A DNA stretch of 63,271 nucleotides, filler included, from Octopus bimaculoides (lineage: Eukaryota), in the NCBI RefSeq assembly GCF_001194135.2. It is 5 parts of 5 records of this genome, joined end to end, with 100 filler letters (N's around TTAATTAATTAA, not from the genome) between each part and the next. Parts side by side here need not be neighbours in the genome. Positions count along the whole stretch, not along the records: positions 1 to 31,699 come from NC_068990.1; 4 more parts are not named here. One strand, 5' to 3'. Position 1 is the stretch's first letter. Every line of letters starts with the position of its first letter. The translations under genes and the position numbers were made by a program. A model generated the notes under the pieces. The model was not told where the DNA came from. It did not search any database and was given only the letters and a program-made list of their open reading frames with translations. This document shows positions 13,380-25,450 of the stretch, one piece after another.

Positions 13380-13480
13380 ACACCAAAACAAACAACAGCA
13401 CATGCCCAAGGAACACTGAGCTGTGCTTGGTAGTGCAGTGAAAGCACATAATAAAAATAAGACAATTGAATAAGGATAAT
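13380..13480 (+). mobile_element. Displaced 3' UTR of R4/Dong LINE copy 3
   Basis: aacagcacatgcccaaggaacactgagctgtgcttggtagtgcagtgaaagcacataataaaaataag then taat/gat repeats; recalled as the 3' end of this LINE family and positioned where copy 3 was cut by the Gypsy insertion. Confidence 0.65.
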
Positions 13481-14099
13481 GATGATGATTTCATTTATTT
13501 TCTACCAAGGTGAAGGATGAGGGGGACAATGCAAACACAAACATAAAGCGTGGGGGTTTACGTATAATGAAATGACAGAAAAAAAGACAATAATAAATCT
13601 TAAAATGATAATGATAAAGAATTTATCCTCTTTTCTGGATGTCTGAAATAATGACACAATGCCAGGCATTTTGAATAACCAATTAAATTGGTCATAATGC
13701 ACGTAACTACTTATTTTATTGACCTGGGGGTGATAAAAGAGAAAGTTGATCCTTGTATGATTTGAATTTACAACATAAAGTTGACCACAGTTGGAGTACA
13801 GCAGTTGCTGTCCTCCCATGCTTGCCATTGGTGCTCTGAATCAGAGGTTTAAAAAGTTCATAAGGTTGTTGTTTAGTTCTAGGTTGTCCCTATTTGAGCA
13901 GATCAAAGGCATTCAACCCTTGATCATCCCACCTTTTTAGAAGTATCTAGGATTACATTGTCTCATGTGTCCTTTCTTTTAAGGTGGTAGGGTTGTGATT
14001 TGAAGGAATTTGGTTGTCTTATGTTTCCTTCTAGCAAGTTCAATGACCATATGAAGTTCCCTCAGTGGCTCAAAATGAATGAGGTTATTGATGCAGCTG

Positions 14100-15135
14100 C
14101 TACTTTTGTATATAGAGCTTTTAATATTTGTCTGGACAGAATGAGAAGGAAAGTATTTTTAGAATGGTGTTGAGATATATTTGTTTAGGTGAGATTCTGC
14201 ATGATGGGGGCAGCAAGAACTAGTTTGTTCTAATATTAAAATGTTCACCATACATGTTGAGGTGGTCGTCAGTTTTTAGTATCTCTTGTTGTGCAAATTG
14301 TCTGTATGCAACTTGTGTCAAGGCAACATGCACTGTTTTGTGATAATGTGATATGCAGTGCTTTCTGTTCATTATAGTTAATTTTAGAAAGGTTGGAGTT
14401 CCAGGCAGGCTTGGCACAATCTATGATAAATCTAATGCATTATTTGCACCCTTTTGCTGTTTCTGTTGACCAAATGAAGAATATGAAAGTGTACAAAAGA
14501 TGTCTGTATGTAACCTTGTTTTCTTTTCTGTCTTATATTTAATGTAGAGGTGTTGTGTATAACTCCAAGTGTTTTTGTCTTGTATGTGGGGTTTGATCAC
14601 AAAAGCTAATTCTAGTTAATGTGTGTGTGGCTTGTAGTTAATGCATATGTGTGATTTGATTATATTGCTGAGTGAAATAACTGTTTGTTCCTTGGTGTTG
14701 TTGACATGAAAGTTAAATGGTGGATTTGGTAGATACTGTTTATTGTTTTCAAGTTAAGTTTTCTTATGATTAATATAATATTGGAGGAAGGATGTGACTC
14801 TGATGTTACCTACACATGAGGCTGTGTTATAGATTTAAAATAAAGTAGGTGAGAACAGATCTTTTTGGTATTCCATTGAGGAAATAGCTTGTTGTTCTAC
14901 ATGATACAATTCCATGTGGCCTGTCAGATAACTTGCTAACCAACACTTTATGTTGTCTTTTACAGCAGAATGGTATACTGTTAAAGTAAAATATTTTCCA
15001 AAGTATTCTCTGATATGTAATACTGGAGTATTACATATCAGTATTACTGGAGGTTCCAAGTTCAAATCTAGAGCAGTGTTTTGTTGGTTAATTAGGTAAT
15101 GCACTTCTTTGCTTTTAGCTTCCAGGAGCTGGAGA
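14100..15135 (-). mobile_element. I-group (I/Nimb-like) LINE RT fragment, highly degenerate
   Basis: Minus strand: KCWLASYLTG...NGIPKRSVL(S)PTLF (GVPQGSVLSP motif); KTLGVIHNTS; SSFGQQK; KPAWNSNLSKINYN; DDHLNMYGEHF. Confidence 0.7.
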
Positions 15136-15631
15136 GACAACTGCTCTTCTGTGCTTTTTTTTTTGCTTTTTCAATTATATATCCTGAATTTAGTTTAATG
15201 TGATGGCAATGAGTTTTAGCTTCTGAAATTGTAATGAGATAAAACCTTGTAGCTGCTCAATATTCTACTTTGAACAAAATAATCGAAGCCAATTACATTT
15301 GATGTCCAGATATGTCATTACTTAGAAAATCCACTAAACAAAGTCGACCTAAATTTTTAGATTATTTTTTTTTTAATTATCCATCATAAAAGAAGTACAG
15401 CCATCATTAGTGAGCATGACCTAATAGCAAGTACCATATTTTTATTAATTTTTTTTGGTAGTTATGTACTTGTGAGTAGACACATATCTCCTCTTGGCCT
15501 CCTCACTCATGACCTAGTAGACATGAAGCATATGACAGCTGGAGAGAGAGATAGAGAAAAAGAGAGAGATAGAGAAAAAGAGAGAGAGAGAGAAAAAGAG
15601 AGAGAGCAGTTGACTGGGACTTAATGTAGAG

Positions 15632-18158
15632 CAGTGGTTCCCAAAGGATGTGCCCAGGTGCACTAGCGTGCCCAGAGACATGCTTAGGTGTGCCCCACGA
15701 AATTCTAGGGTCTAGGTAGATATTTGTGATGATAAAAAATGAAGTTATAGTACATTATATCCTCACTTCAACATTGAAATGTTCTTTATGACAGATCATT
15801 ATTATTTGTTAAGAGCGGAAAGATATCCAACAAGGAACAGCTGGTTGCTTGGAAGAAGGTTTTATACACGTTGTAAAGTTGTTCAAATGAGTTTTGTACT
15901 GATGAGCAAGCACGGCTAAGGTTGTGCTGTAGTGTAGTGGTGACAGTAGCAGTAATAGGTTCTGCAAGTGGAGGTGTTGTGATAAATAGTACAATGTTTT
16001 TTTGGTGACACATATTCCTGTCACTGATATATCTATTTAACCACCTAAAACTTTAATACTTTATGGAATTTTAACCTATTATAGTGTTACATTTGTTAAA
16101 AGTAAATGATAGATAAAAGTTTCAGATAAATATACAATAATACACCCATAAAAATGGATGGATTTCTAACATAGAAACATGAATGTGATTCCAGAAGTGA
16201 ACACAGTGGAAACAGTTCCAGTAAGAGAGCCAAAGCGTGGTCTACTTGTAAATATGACGAAAGTTATTTAAGATTTGGTTTTCATTGGACTGGAAACATT
16301 GATGATCCTTTGCCGCTGTTTAATATGTGGATGCAAAATATCAAACAAATTATTGATTCCTAGTAAACTGAGCAAGCATTTGAAAACCAAGCACTCTCAT
16401 TTACAAGGTAAATCTATAAGTTATTTCGAAAAATTATTAGAATAGCAGGAATAACAGGAAACTCTTTGAAAAGTATAATGACTATTTCTGAAAAATCTCA
16501 AATCACTTCTTATGAGGTTTCAGAACGAATAGCACAAAATATGAAAGCTCATACTTTAGGTGAGTCATTGATTCTGCTTGTGTGTAAGAAGATTGTGAGG
16601 ACAATGCTGGGAAATGAAGCAGCAAAAGAAATAAATACAATCCCTCTGTCCAATGATAGTATTCACAGATGTATTCTAGAAATGTCATCTGATATTGAGA
16701 AAGATGTTTGTAGTAATAAGCTTTAATATTCAGATTTTGCATTACAAATTGATGAGTCAACAGACAATGCCAACAAAGCGCAGCTCTTAACATTTATTCG
16801 TTTTCTTGATGAAGATCAAATTATAAATCAATTTCTTTTTTGCAAAGAATTAAGTGCAACTGCTAAGGGCAAAGATGTTTCCAACATTTTGAATAATTTC
16901 CTGTGCAAATAGCAAATATCATGGAAGTTGTGTGTCGGCATTAGCACAGATGGAGCTCCATCAACGGTAAGCTGCATTAAGGGCCTTACATCTTTTGTAA
17001 AAAAGCAAAATGAAAATGTCGTCATAACTCACTGTTTTCTTCACGGAGAAACATTAATGGCAAAAACATTAGGAGACAAATTAAGAGAAGTTTTGAATCA
17101 AGCTGTTGATATTGTAAATTATATAAAACAAGACAAGTCACGTTTATTCAAGCAGTTTTGTATCAATATGGGTTCACAACACAGATACCTGCTTTTGCAC
17201 ACAGAAGTGAAGTGGCTTTCAAAGGGGAAAGTACTTAATTGTGTATATGAGATACGGCAAGAGCTACTGAAGTTTTTTTTAAGAAATAAAACAAAACCAC
17301 TTTTGTGAGCTTCTTTGATATAAATTTTGGATCAGCAAATTAGTGTATTTGGCTGATATATTCTAGCACCTCAGTATTTTGAATACTAGCATGCAAGGAA
17401 ATGAAGTATTTTGACATCTACTGATAAAATGAAAGTATTTCAGAAAAAAACTACTTATCTGGAAGAAAAGAGCTTCTGAGGGTAATTAGAAAATGTTTCC
17501 TTTGATAAGTAGAACTTGCATAAATGATATCTTCCCTTTAATACTTGAACATTTGACAAATTTGCAAAATAAATTAAATTATTATTTTCCATCACTTAAC
17601 ACTGAACAATACGCTTGAATTCGAAATCCATTCATAGAAATTTCAGATGATGCTAGTTTAACATTAACTGAAGAAGAACTAACAGCTGTATCTACCGATG
17701 GTGGAGTGAAGATTAAATATAAGGAGTCTAGTCTTGAAAAATTTTGGATTGCAATCAGAGAAGAATACCAGTCAATATCTAAAAAAGCTTTAGCCATTTT
17801 ATTTTAATTTTCAACATAATATTTATGCCGATTAGGATTTTCCACTCTCACCAACATTAAGTGCAAAAAGAGAACAAATCTCCAGTCTACTGACAACAAA
17901 ATGAGAGATTGCTTATCATACATATGTCCCAACATTGAAGAAATTACCAAGATATGACAGGCTCATACTTCACATCAGTGCAAAATAGATGATAAATAAA
18001 GGTATAAACCCTTTTTTCAGTTATTTCGGTATTTCTTTACATTTTGCATTATATTTCTTAGCATTTTGCATGTAGTGTGCTCGCAATATTTTGTAAAGCT
18101 TCAAGTGTTCCACAACTTCTAAAAGTTTGAGAACCTTTTCCACAACTTCTTAAGTTTG
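15632..18158 (+). mobile_element. hAT DNA transposon, Buster/Charlie type
   Basis: Left TIR cagtggttcccaaa; identical 8-bp TSD ATGTAGAG at 15624-15631 and 18159-18166 with central TA; right TIR damaged (tttgagaacc at 18126-18135). Confidence 0.92.
16154..17978 (+). pseudogene. Buster-type hAT transposase remnant (ZBED5/FAM200-like family)
   Basis: YDESYLRFGF, KHLKTKH (BED finger), PLSNDSIHRCI, FALQIDESTD, CVGISTDGAP, HCFLHGE, LLHTEVKWLSKGKVL, KLVYLADIF, ILFQFSTYLCRLGFS-like C-terminus; stops and frameshifts. Confidence 0.9.
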
Positions 18159-18229
18159 ATGTAGAGCAATGTAAAATGAAATACCTTGTTCGAGGATGCA
18201 AAATACTGTCTAGTGCAGGAGTTGATCAT

Positions 18230-21200
18230 ATCATCATGAGGCCAACATCCAAACTGACATGTGTGCATTACACATTGCACGGGACCAGTCAGGCGGTACT
18301 GGCATCGACCACACTTGAATGGTGCATTTTATGTGCCACTGGCATGGGTGCCAATCAGGCAGTACTGTCATTGGCCACGACAACGATTTCACTTGCCTCA
18401 ACAGGTCTTCGCAAGCACAGTTTATTGCCCAATGATTGAAAGGTACTCTTAAATGGGTTGGTTATGCTGCACTAGCATAGGCCATGGTTATGGTCTCACT
18501 TGGCTTGCTGGGTCTTCTCAAGCACAGCATGTCTCCAAAGGCCTCAGTCACTTGTCATCGCCTTGATGAGGACCAACATTCAAAGGTCGTGCTTCAACAC
18601 CTCATCCCAGGTCTTCCAGGATCTATTTCTTCCACAGGTTTCCTCTACTGCTAGGGTATGACACTTTTTCACACAGCTGTCCTTACCCATACGCAACACA
18701 TGGCCATACCAGCGCAGTCATCTCTCTTGCACACCACATCTGATGCTTCTTATGTTCAACTTTTCTCTCAGGGTGCATACACTCTGTTGTGTATGCACAC
18801 TGACATTACACATCCAGCAGAGCATACTAGCAGTCACGGCCCATGTTTCACTGCCATGTAGCGAGAGGCCCTTTGTCACCAGCAGAGGTAGGAGCTCTCT
18901 GAACTTTGCCCTGGCTATCCTTATTCTAGCAGCTCCACTCTCAGAGCAGCCACCCCACTACTGACTTGGTCACCTAGGTAACAGAAGCTATCAACTACTG
19001 GAATGTGACGGAATCTGTTTTCTGCACATTTTCAGTGTTTATTGCCCCCAAGCATTTATCACACACAAAAACTATCTTCTCAGTTAGCCTTCCTTTGATA
19101 TTGATGCACCTTGTATGTGTCTGTAGCTTATATTGGATACATCTTATTGAGTTTCTACCTACGCCTTCTCTACAAATCGAGCAGGGCCATCTATTTTTTG
19201 TGTTTTGTCTGCCTTCCTACTTATTAAGACTTTGGTTTTTGCTAGATTGACTCTAAGGCCCTTCTATTCTAGATCTTGCTTCCACACCTGAAACTTCTCC
19301 TCTAGTTCTGATAGTGACTCGGCTATTAGAGTAAGGTCATCAGCAAAGAGAAGCTCCCAGGGGCATCCTGTCTTGAATTCCTGTTATTGCCTGGAGGACT
19401 ATGATGAATAAGAAGGCACTGAAGACTGATCCTTCGTGGACCCCTACTCCTGCCCGGAATTCTTCACTGTACTCATTACCAATCCTCACCTTACTGACAG
19501 TATCCTTGTACAGCTCTCACTAACCATTCATCTATCCCTAGTTTCCACATTGACCACAAGATAAGGAACTGGGGGACCCTGTCAAAAGCTTTCTCCATGT
19601 CAACGAAAGCCAGGTATAGAGGTTTATTTTTGGCTAGGTATTTCTCCTGCAGCAGTCTTACCAGAAATATAGCATCAGTGGTACTTTTCCCTGGCACAAA
19701 CCCAAACTGCATCTCATCTAGACTGATTCTCTCCCTAATTAGTTGGGCTACAAACTTCTCCGTGACTTTTATTACCTGATCCAACAACTTGATACCTCTG
19801 TAATTATTCGTATCTAATGCATCACCTTTACCTTTGTAGCAGTTGACTATGGTACTGCTACACCAGTCATTGGGTATGACTCCTTCATATATCACCTGAT
19901 TGACTACATGGGTTATTAGACTATAGCCAGCACTGCCAGAAATTTTAGCATCTCTGCGGTGATTCCTGATGGGCCAGGGGGCTTTCCCTGTCTTCATACC
20001 CTTAATTGCTTTATCTACCAAGGTACTGTCAATTCGGATAGCTGGTCCCTCTGTAGGGTCAACATTCAGCAGACTCTCTCCCTCCCATTAATTCTTTTCA
20101 TTTAGCAACCTTTTATAGTGGCATTTCCAAGTCTCTCTCTTTGCAGCCTCATTAAATGTAAGTGAGCCATCATCCATGCGGTCACAGTTCTCTCCTATGA
20201 CATCACAATTCTCTCTCACACACTGTCTTGCAACACAAAACACTTCAAGTCTTTGGTCCTCATAACGCAGAACATTGGCAAAATTCTTCTTATCTGCTTC
20301 CCCTCTGGCTAAGTAAACTTGTCTCCTAGCTTCCCTTCTGGCACCGTTCTTCCAGTCCTTCCATGCCTGTTTCGTTTCCCTAATGGCCCTGTCAACTACA
20401 TTGTTTCACCACCATGTTACCTTGGGTCGAGAGGGGACTTTGCACCATCCTCAGATCTGGTCAGTAGCCCTCAACAGATTGTCCCGTAGGAACCTCCAGT
20501 TGTCTTCCATATCATGTGATTCTATATCCCTCTCTATTTTGTCAAAAGCTTCAAGTAATACATCTCCAAATCTCCATTCGCAGGATCCTTAAACTTCCAG
20601 ACCCTTCTTCTCCATGCTGGCCATCTTCTGGGCATCTGTTTAGCTCTGATCCTGAAGTTGCTAACTACTAATATATTGTGGGATGCATTCTTCACCTGGG
20701 AAGGTTTTAGCATTTATAAGTAGCCATCTTTCCTGTTTCTTGGCAAGGATGTAATCAATTTGACAAGTGTGTCCATCAGGTCAGTAGGTGAATAAGTGGT
20801 TGGCAAGTTTCCTGAAGTTAGTATTGCAAACCATAAGATCATTTGCATTGCAGAACTACAGCAGCCTGGTTCCCTCCTCATTGCGGGAACCAAAACCATA
20901 GCCTCCATGTATGCCATGGAAACCCCCTGCATCGTGTCCAACATACCCATTGAAGTTGCCAGCCACAAAGAGAAGGTCACTGTCATTTGTCAACAAGGTA
21001 GTCTGCAAGAGGGTGTCATAAAATTGGGCTTTCTGTTCATCAGGTAGCCCCGGCTGAGGGACATAGGCCGAGATAATGGTTGCTTAAACTATGTTGCAGC
21101 ACTAATCTAATCTTAAGTATTCTATCACACATTAGTGTTCCCTGCCCAGAAAATCTTATACCTATGTTCTTTGCCTATGAGGAACCTAGCAGAACTTCCT

Positions 21201-21551
21201 CTCCACCTTACTTCTTGGGTGCAGCACAAATCTACACATTTCCATTCAAGCATCTCAACAATCTCACCAGACCTACCTTTCATTGTGCCAACATTAAGTG
21301 TGCCAATCCTGCGGGTGTGGGAGGTGTGGGCCTGAGAGATCCTGGGATGGGGAACAGCAGCGTCATGTACCTGAAAAGAAAGCTCGCATTAGCCTTCAAC
21401 CTGCATACACTCCACCATAATTTTTTATGCACTACATAATCACTACATAACATAGGAGATAAACCCTAAGTAGGGATGGGCGAACATTAAGCCTTTGGCG
21501 GTGTGCATGGGAGAAACATCCGATAGAAGTCAGAGGATAAAGACTTCCGGT
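18230..21551 (-). mobile_element. RTE-clade LINE, near full length, degenerate
   Basis: Minus strand: APE IGTLNVGTMKGRSGEIVEML...QEVRWRG; RT GKAP...NCYKGKGDALDTNNYRGIKLL...QFGFVPGKSTTDAIF...FVDMEKAFDRVP (19491-20021); LHGSETWA; 3' UTR shared with the 29.9-31.3 kb fragments. 5' end runs into a gap. Confidence 0.92.
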
Positions 21552-23067
21552 NNNNNNNNNNNNNNNNNNNNNNNNNNNNNNNNNNNNNNNNNNNNNNNNN
21601 NNNNNNNNNNNNNNNNNNNNNNNNNNNNNNNNNNNNNNNNNNNNNNNNNNNNNNNNNNNNNNNNNNNNNNNNNNNNNNNNNNNNNNNNNNNNNNNNNNNN
21701 NNNNNNNNNNNNNNNNNNNNNNNNNNNNNNNNNNNNNNNNNNNNNNNNNNNNNNNNNACCCCCACCCCAGATTTAAAATTTTGATTTTGTTTACTTTAAA
21801 GACATTGTAGCAAATTAACAAACATTTTCAAATCGAAATTAAATACAGACAAAAACTTTAAAGTGAAAGGAATTTGTGTTTTACTTGTGTTTGCCTTAAA
21901 TAATTGTAAATAATAATATAATGTAAATTAGATATACACTACATCCCCATGCGAGTCATTTTATGAGAAACAAACATTAATATTTAATAATTAATGTTAT
22001 AAAGTTTAATAAGGGGCTCAAATTTCACCCCTCCCCCAATTTTAAATTTTGAACTTTTTCATCCATTTATTTATTTGTTTGTCTATCTGTTTATCCCTAT
22101 GCATTTCTTCATAAAATATATTTGTCAACTAAATGTGGCGGTCCTATAGAAGACGGTGTTACTGTTGTTTTTAGCCACAGGAAGACATTCATATCTATCT
22201 CTTTATACACCTATCTATATGCTTATTGAATTTAAAAGTTTTACAAATGTGGTTTCTTGCATATCCAGAATCTCCATCATCTAAAACGTAGGGATAAAAA
22301 ATTTTGAAAAAGTTCAAAATTTTAAATGGGAGGGGGAATGGTAGTGGTGGTGGTGGGGGTTAAATATTTTTTTTGTTTTGCATATTCGTAATCTCCGACA
22401 TCTAAAATGTAGATATCCGAAAAATTTTTTTTCAAAAAATGCATTTTTCAAGGAGAGGTACGAAACTGCATTAACCCAGAATTGGGCATTTGAATTCTTA
22501 ACTAGAGCTATAACGAAGTTTTCGGTCAGCCAAACTGTGACAAAGTTAGATAAATGGATGAGTAAATGACAATAATAAATGAGCATGAAAGAGAGGGAGA
22601 AAGAGGGAGAGTTGAACTGAGCGAAGGGATCCAAAGTACTTTTTCTCTAAACATACAGCATGGAAGATGAAACTGTGTGCTAGGTTGGAAAAACAAGGTG
22701 TGGCATTAAAAACATGCAATAGTGTAAATGAGACATACATGATGGTGGCATCTCATATGTGGCACTTACCTCTAGTGCAAGGACAATGAGTATGCCCATT
22801 GGACTACTTACCACCATTCTCTGACAATACCACTACTTTCAGAGTCAAGGAGGGATATGTACCCTGGCTAGGGTTTGTTTAATGATTAGGTTTATTTCAT
22901 TGTGGCAACCAATATGACTAGCATTCAGTCAACATATATGATAAAAACCTCTGGAATTGAAAAGCTTGCTGCAACAACATCTTATTCTTCAACATACATT
23001 GACTTTAACTCTGAAGGCAATGGAAATGGGGAGCTGATTTGGGTTATGTAAGTCACCAATATTTGCT

Positions 23068-23495
23068 ATACTCTTTACTTGTTTCAGTCATTTGACTGTG
23101 GCCATGCTGGAGCACCGCCTTTAGTCGAGCAAATCGACCCCAGGACTTATTCTTTATAAGCCTAGTCCTTATTCTATCAGTCTCTTTTGCTGAACCGCTA
23201 AGTTACAGGGATGTATACACACCAGCATCGGTTGTCAAGCGATGTTGGGGGGACAAACACAGACACACAAGCATACATATATATATACATATATACGACG
23301 GGCTTCTTTCAGTTTCCGTCTACCAAATCAACTCACAAGGCTTTGGTTGGCCCAAAGCTATAGNNNNNNNNNNTTCCGTCTACCAAATCAACTCACAAGG
23401 CTTTGGTTGGCCCAAAGCTATAGTAGAAGACACTTGCCCAAGGTGCCACGCAGTGGGACTGAACACGGAACCATGTGGTTCGTAAGCAAGCTACT
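23068..23495 (-). mobile_element. tRNA-derived SINE, family B (body); its 5' head continues at 24778-24815
   Basis: tactctttacttgtttcagtcatttgactgtggccatgctggagc...ttccgtctacc...gtgggactgaacacggaaccatgtggtt; missing head (taccacacagccactcctacgcc) lies on the far side of the 1.28-kb insert. Confidence 0.85.
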
Positions 23496-24777
23496 TTATT
23501 TCATTTAATTCGCTACAAGAGTGGTACATAGAAAGGGGAGTAGCTACGGGCTGGACACCACCAGTAATGAGCATGAATGACAACAAAATGATATAAGATG
23601 GGGGAGAATGAATTGAATGACGCCCGCCGATCGTCGCCTGCCAAAAACATTGTTCTTTTTTTTCCTTTAAAACATACATTGAGGTTTTACTTTTCTTACA
23701 TAAAAATCAATTTACAATAGAATCAATTTACAATACTGCAACACAACTAATTCGCCCCACCGTGGACCCCTCGCAAATACACTGCTTCTGCCAGACAAAA
23801 TTCCATTGTCAAGTCGGAGTTCACGGTGAAGTTGACAAAGTTCTCTTTGTCACAATTACTCCTGACTTTTGTCACGACCTCCGCAGCCACCTGCGGAGGC
23901 CATCTTGAACTACTCACACACGTCGAGTAGTTCCTTTCTTGGCCGCACTCGTAGTCCAAGAAACTGTCAATAGTCCCCCCTTGTGGTACAGGAGAACATA
24001 TAACTCCTCTACCTCGCAGGGAGGGACCTTACACTGATCTGTCAGCAGCACAATTCCCGCTGACAGAGTCTCCCTCTCCGGTGGCACATTTCCCACCGGA
24101 GGGGCTTCGGGTTTGGTTGGCGTTACAATGGCTTCTGCATTACGATGGCTTCTTCCATTATTTCCTCTTTATTGAAAAGGGCAATGGCGTTGCGTGACCT
24201 AGAATAGGTCTGCAGGACCACTGTCCTCTTCTCTGTATCAACTAACCACTGCTTGGGTGGGAGAACCTCCCACTCCAATGCAGTAGCTTCATTATTTCTT
24301 TTTGCCATGTTGATAGTCCAAAAAACAATCTAAAAATAATAACAAAAAGGTCCACAAAGACGAACTGAAAAAACAGCTGAAGAAAAAATAAAAATATTTA
24401 AAATAGTTCAAGAAATATGAAAATAGAAGAGTAGAAGAAGAAAAAACAGTTCCACAGCAAAAAAGAAAACAACAGTTTTTGGCCAGCTGGTACTTCAGGC
24501 AACCAAAATCTTCTCAGGTATAATCCACGTTTTTTTTTTGGGTGGATATGCCCCCAAACACAAATTTTCACCAATAATTAGTCGCTGAGAGCAAGCGAAA
24601 TTGCCCCAGAGCTGGGCAAAATTTACTGCAAAAAAAACCAAACAGCAACAAACCCCTCCCAGGTCAAAAAACAATTCCACCTACCTCGGTCGACTCTCAC
24701 AGTTCAATTTTTGGACGGCGTTAACACACGTCCACACCTGTTCATCAGTAAGCAACTACTGCAATGCACAAGACCAG
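23496..24777 (-). mobile_element. RT-less retroposed element with a single disrupted ORF of about 181 aa (ORF1-only non-autonomous LINE candidate)
   Basis: Flanked by aagcaagctact (23484-23495) and aagcgagctact (24778-24789); minus-strand 3' end ...aattaaatgaaataa; ORF ATG 24308 to stop 23747 after removing a 17-bp duplication and one 1-bp deletion; no TIRs. Confidence 0.65.
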
Positions 24778-24949
24778 AAGCGAGCTACTTACCACACAGC
24801 CACTCCTACGCCTATGGGCAAAGTTTCAACTCAATCTCCAGAAAGTTTGGCTCTCACAGAAAGTAGATGACACCTTGAGTATTTAACTGATCTAACTGAT
24901 TAAAAAGACAGCTGAAAATGTTTTAACTGTAAATTGTCCCAAACATTCT

Positions 24950-25450
24950 GAGTCAATTTTCCCCAATCTGGAACTAACAACTGAAGCACACTCCACAGTT
25001 GTAGACCTTTATCTACCTCTCTGTTGGAAGTAGTTCAAATGGAAAGGAAAGAATGTTGTCTACTAGAGGAGTAAGCATGAATGGAATAACAGAATTTGGG
25101 AAGCAATAGAGAGGAGCATTTACTTAAACCTAAACCATGACAGATCATTTGAGCAATGCTACCAAGCAAGGGATACTGAAAGGAGTTTAACATTGACCAA
25201 ACTTTCAAGTTTCTCATGAATTAGATGTCATTGTAGAGGCAGCAGGAATTTGAATGAGGGACTGGTCCTCAAAATGTAAGCTTAGGGGTAGATAAATAAT
25301 TCCTCAGAATAAAAGAAGCCTTGATGGAGTTTATTTACATCAATATTTTTCAGTAATCGTTTGAGTTTTGACATCTTAGAAAGAAAAGTGGGTTCAAAAA
25401 CAAAATGGGAAATTGAGATCTCAGATGGTGAGAGAGCTTGATGGATGAGC
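24950..25450 (-). mobile_element. Possible CR1-group LINE remnant
   Basis: Minus-strand peptides KRLLKNIDVNK and CSSLLLPKFCYSIHAYSSSRQHSF loosely resemble CR1 RT start and C-terminus; very decayed. Confidence 0.3.

Noticed and set aside
15800-16020. Short ORFs in the hAT 5' region as a captured gene
   Set aside because: No recognisable motif; cannot be told apart from the element's own subterminal sequence.
23314-23423. 50-bp direct repeat across a 10-N gap
   Set aside because: Unmerged contig overlap.
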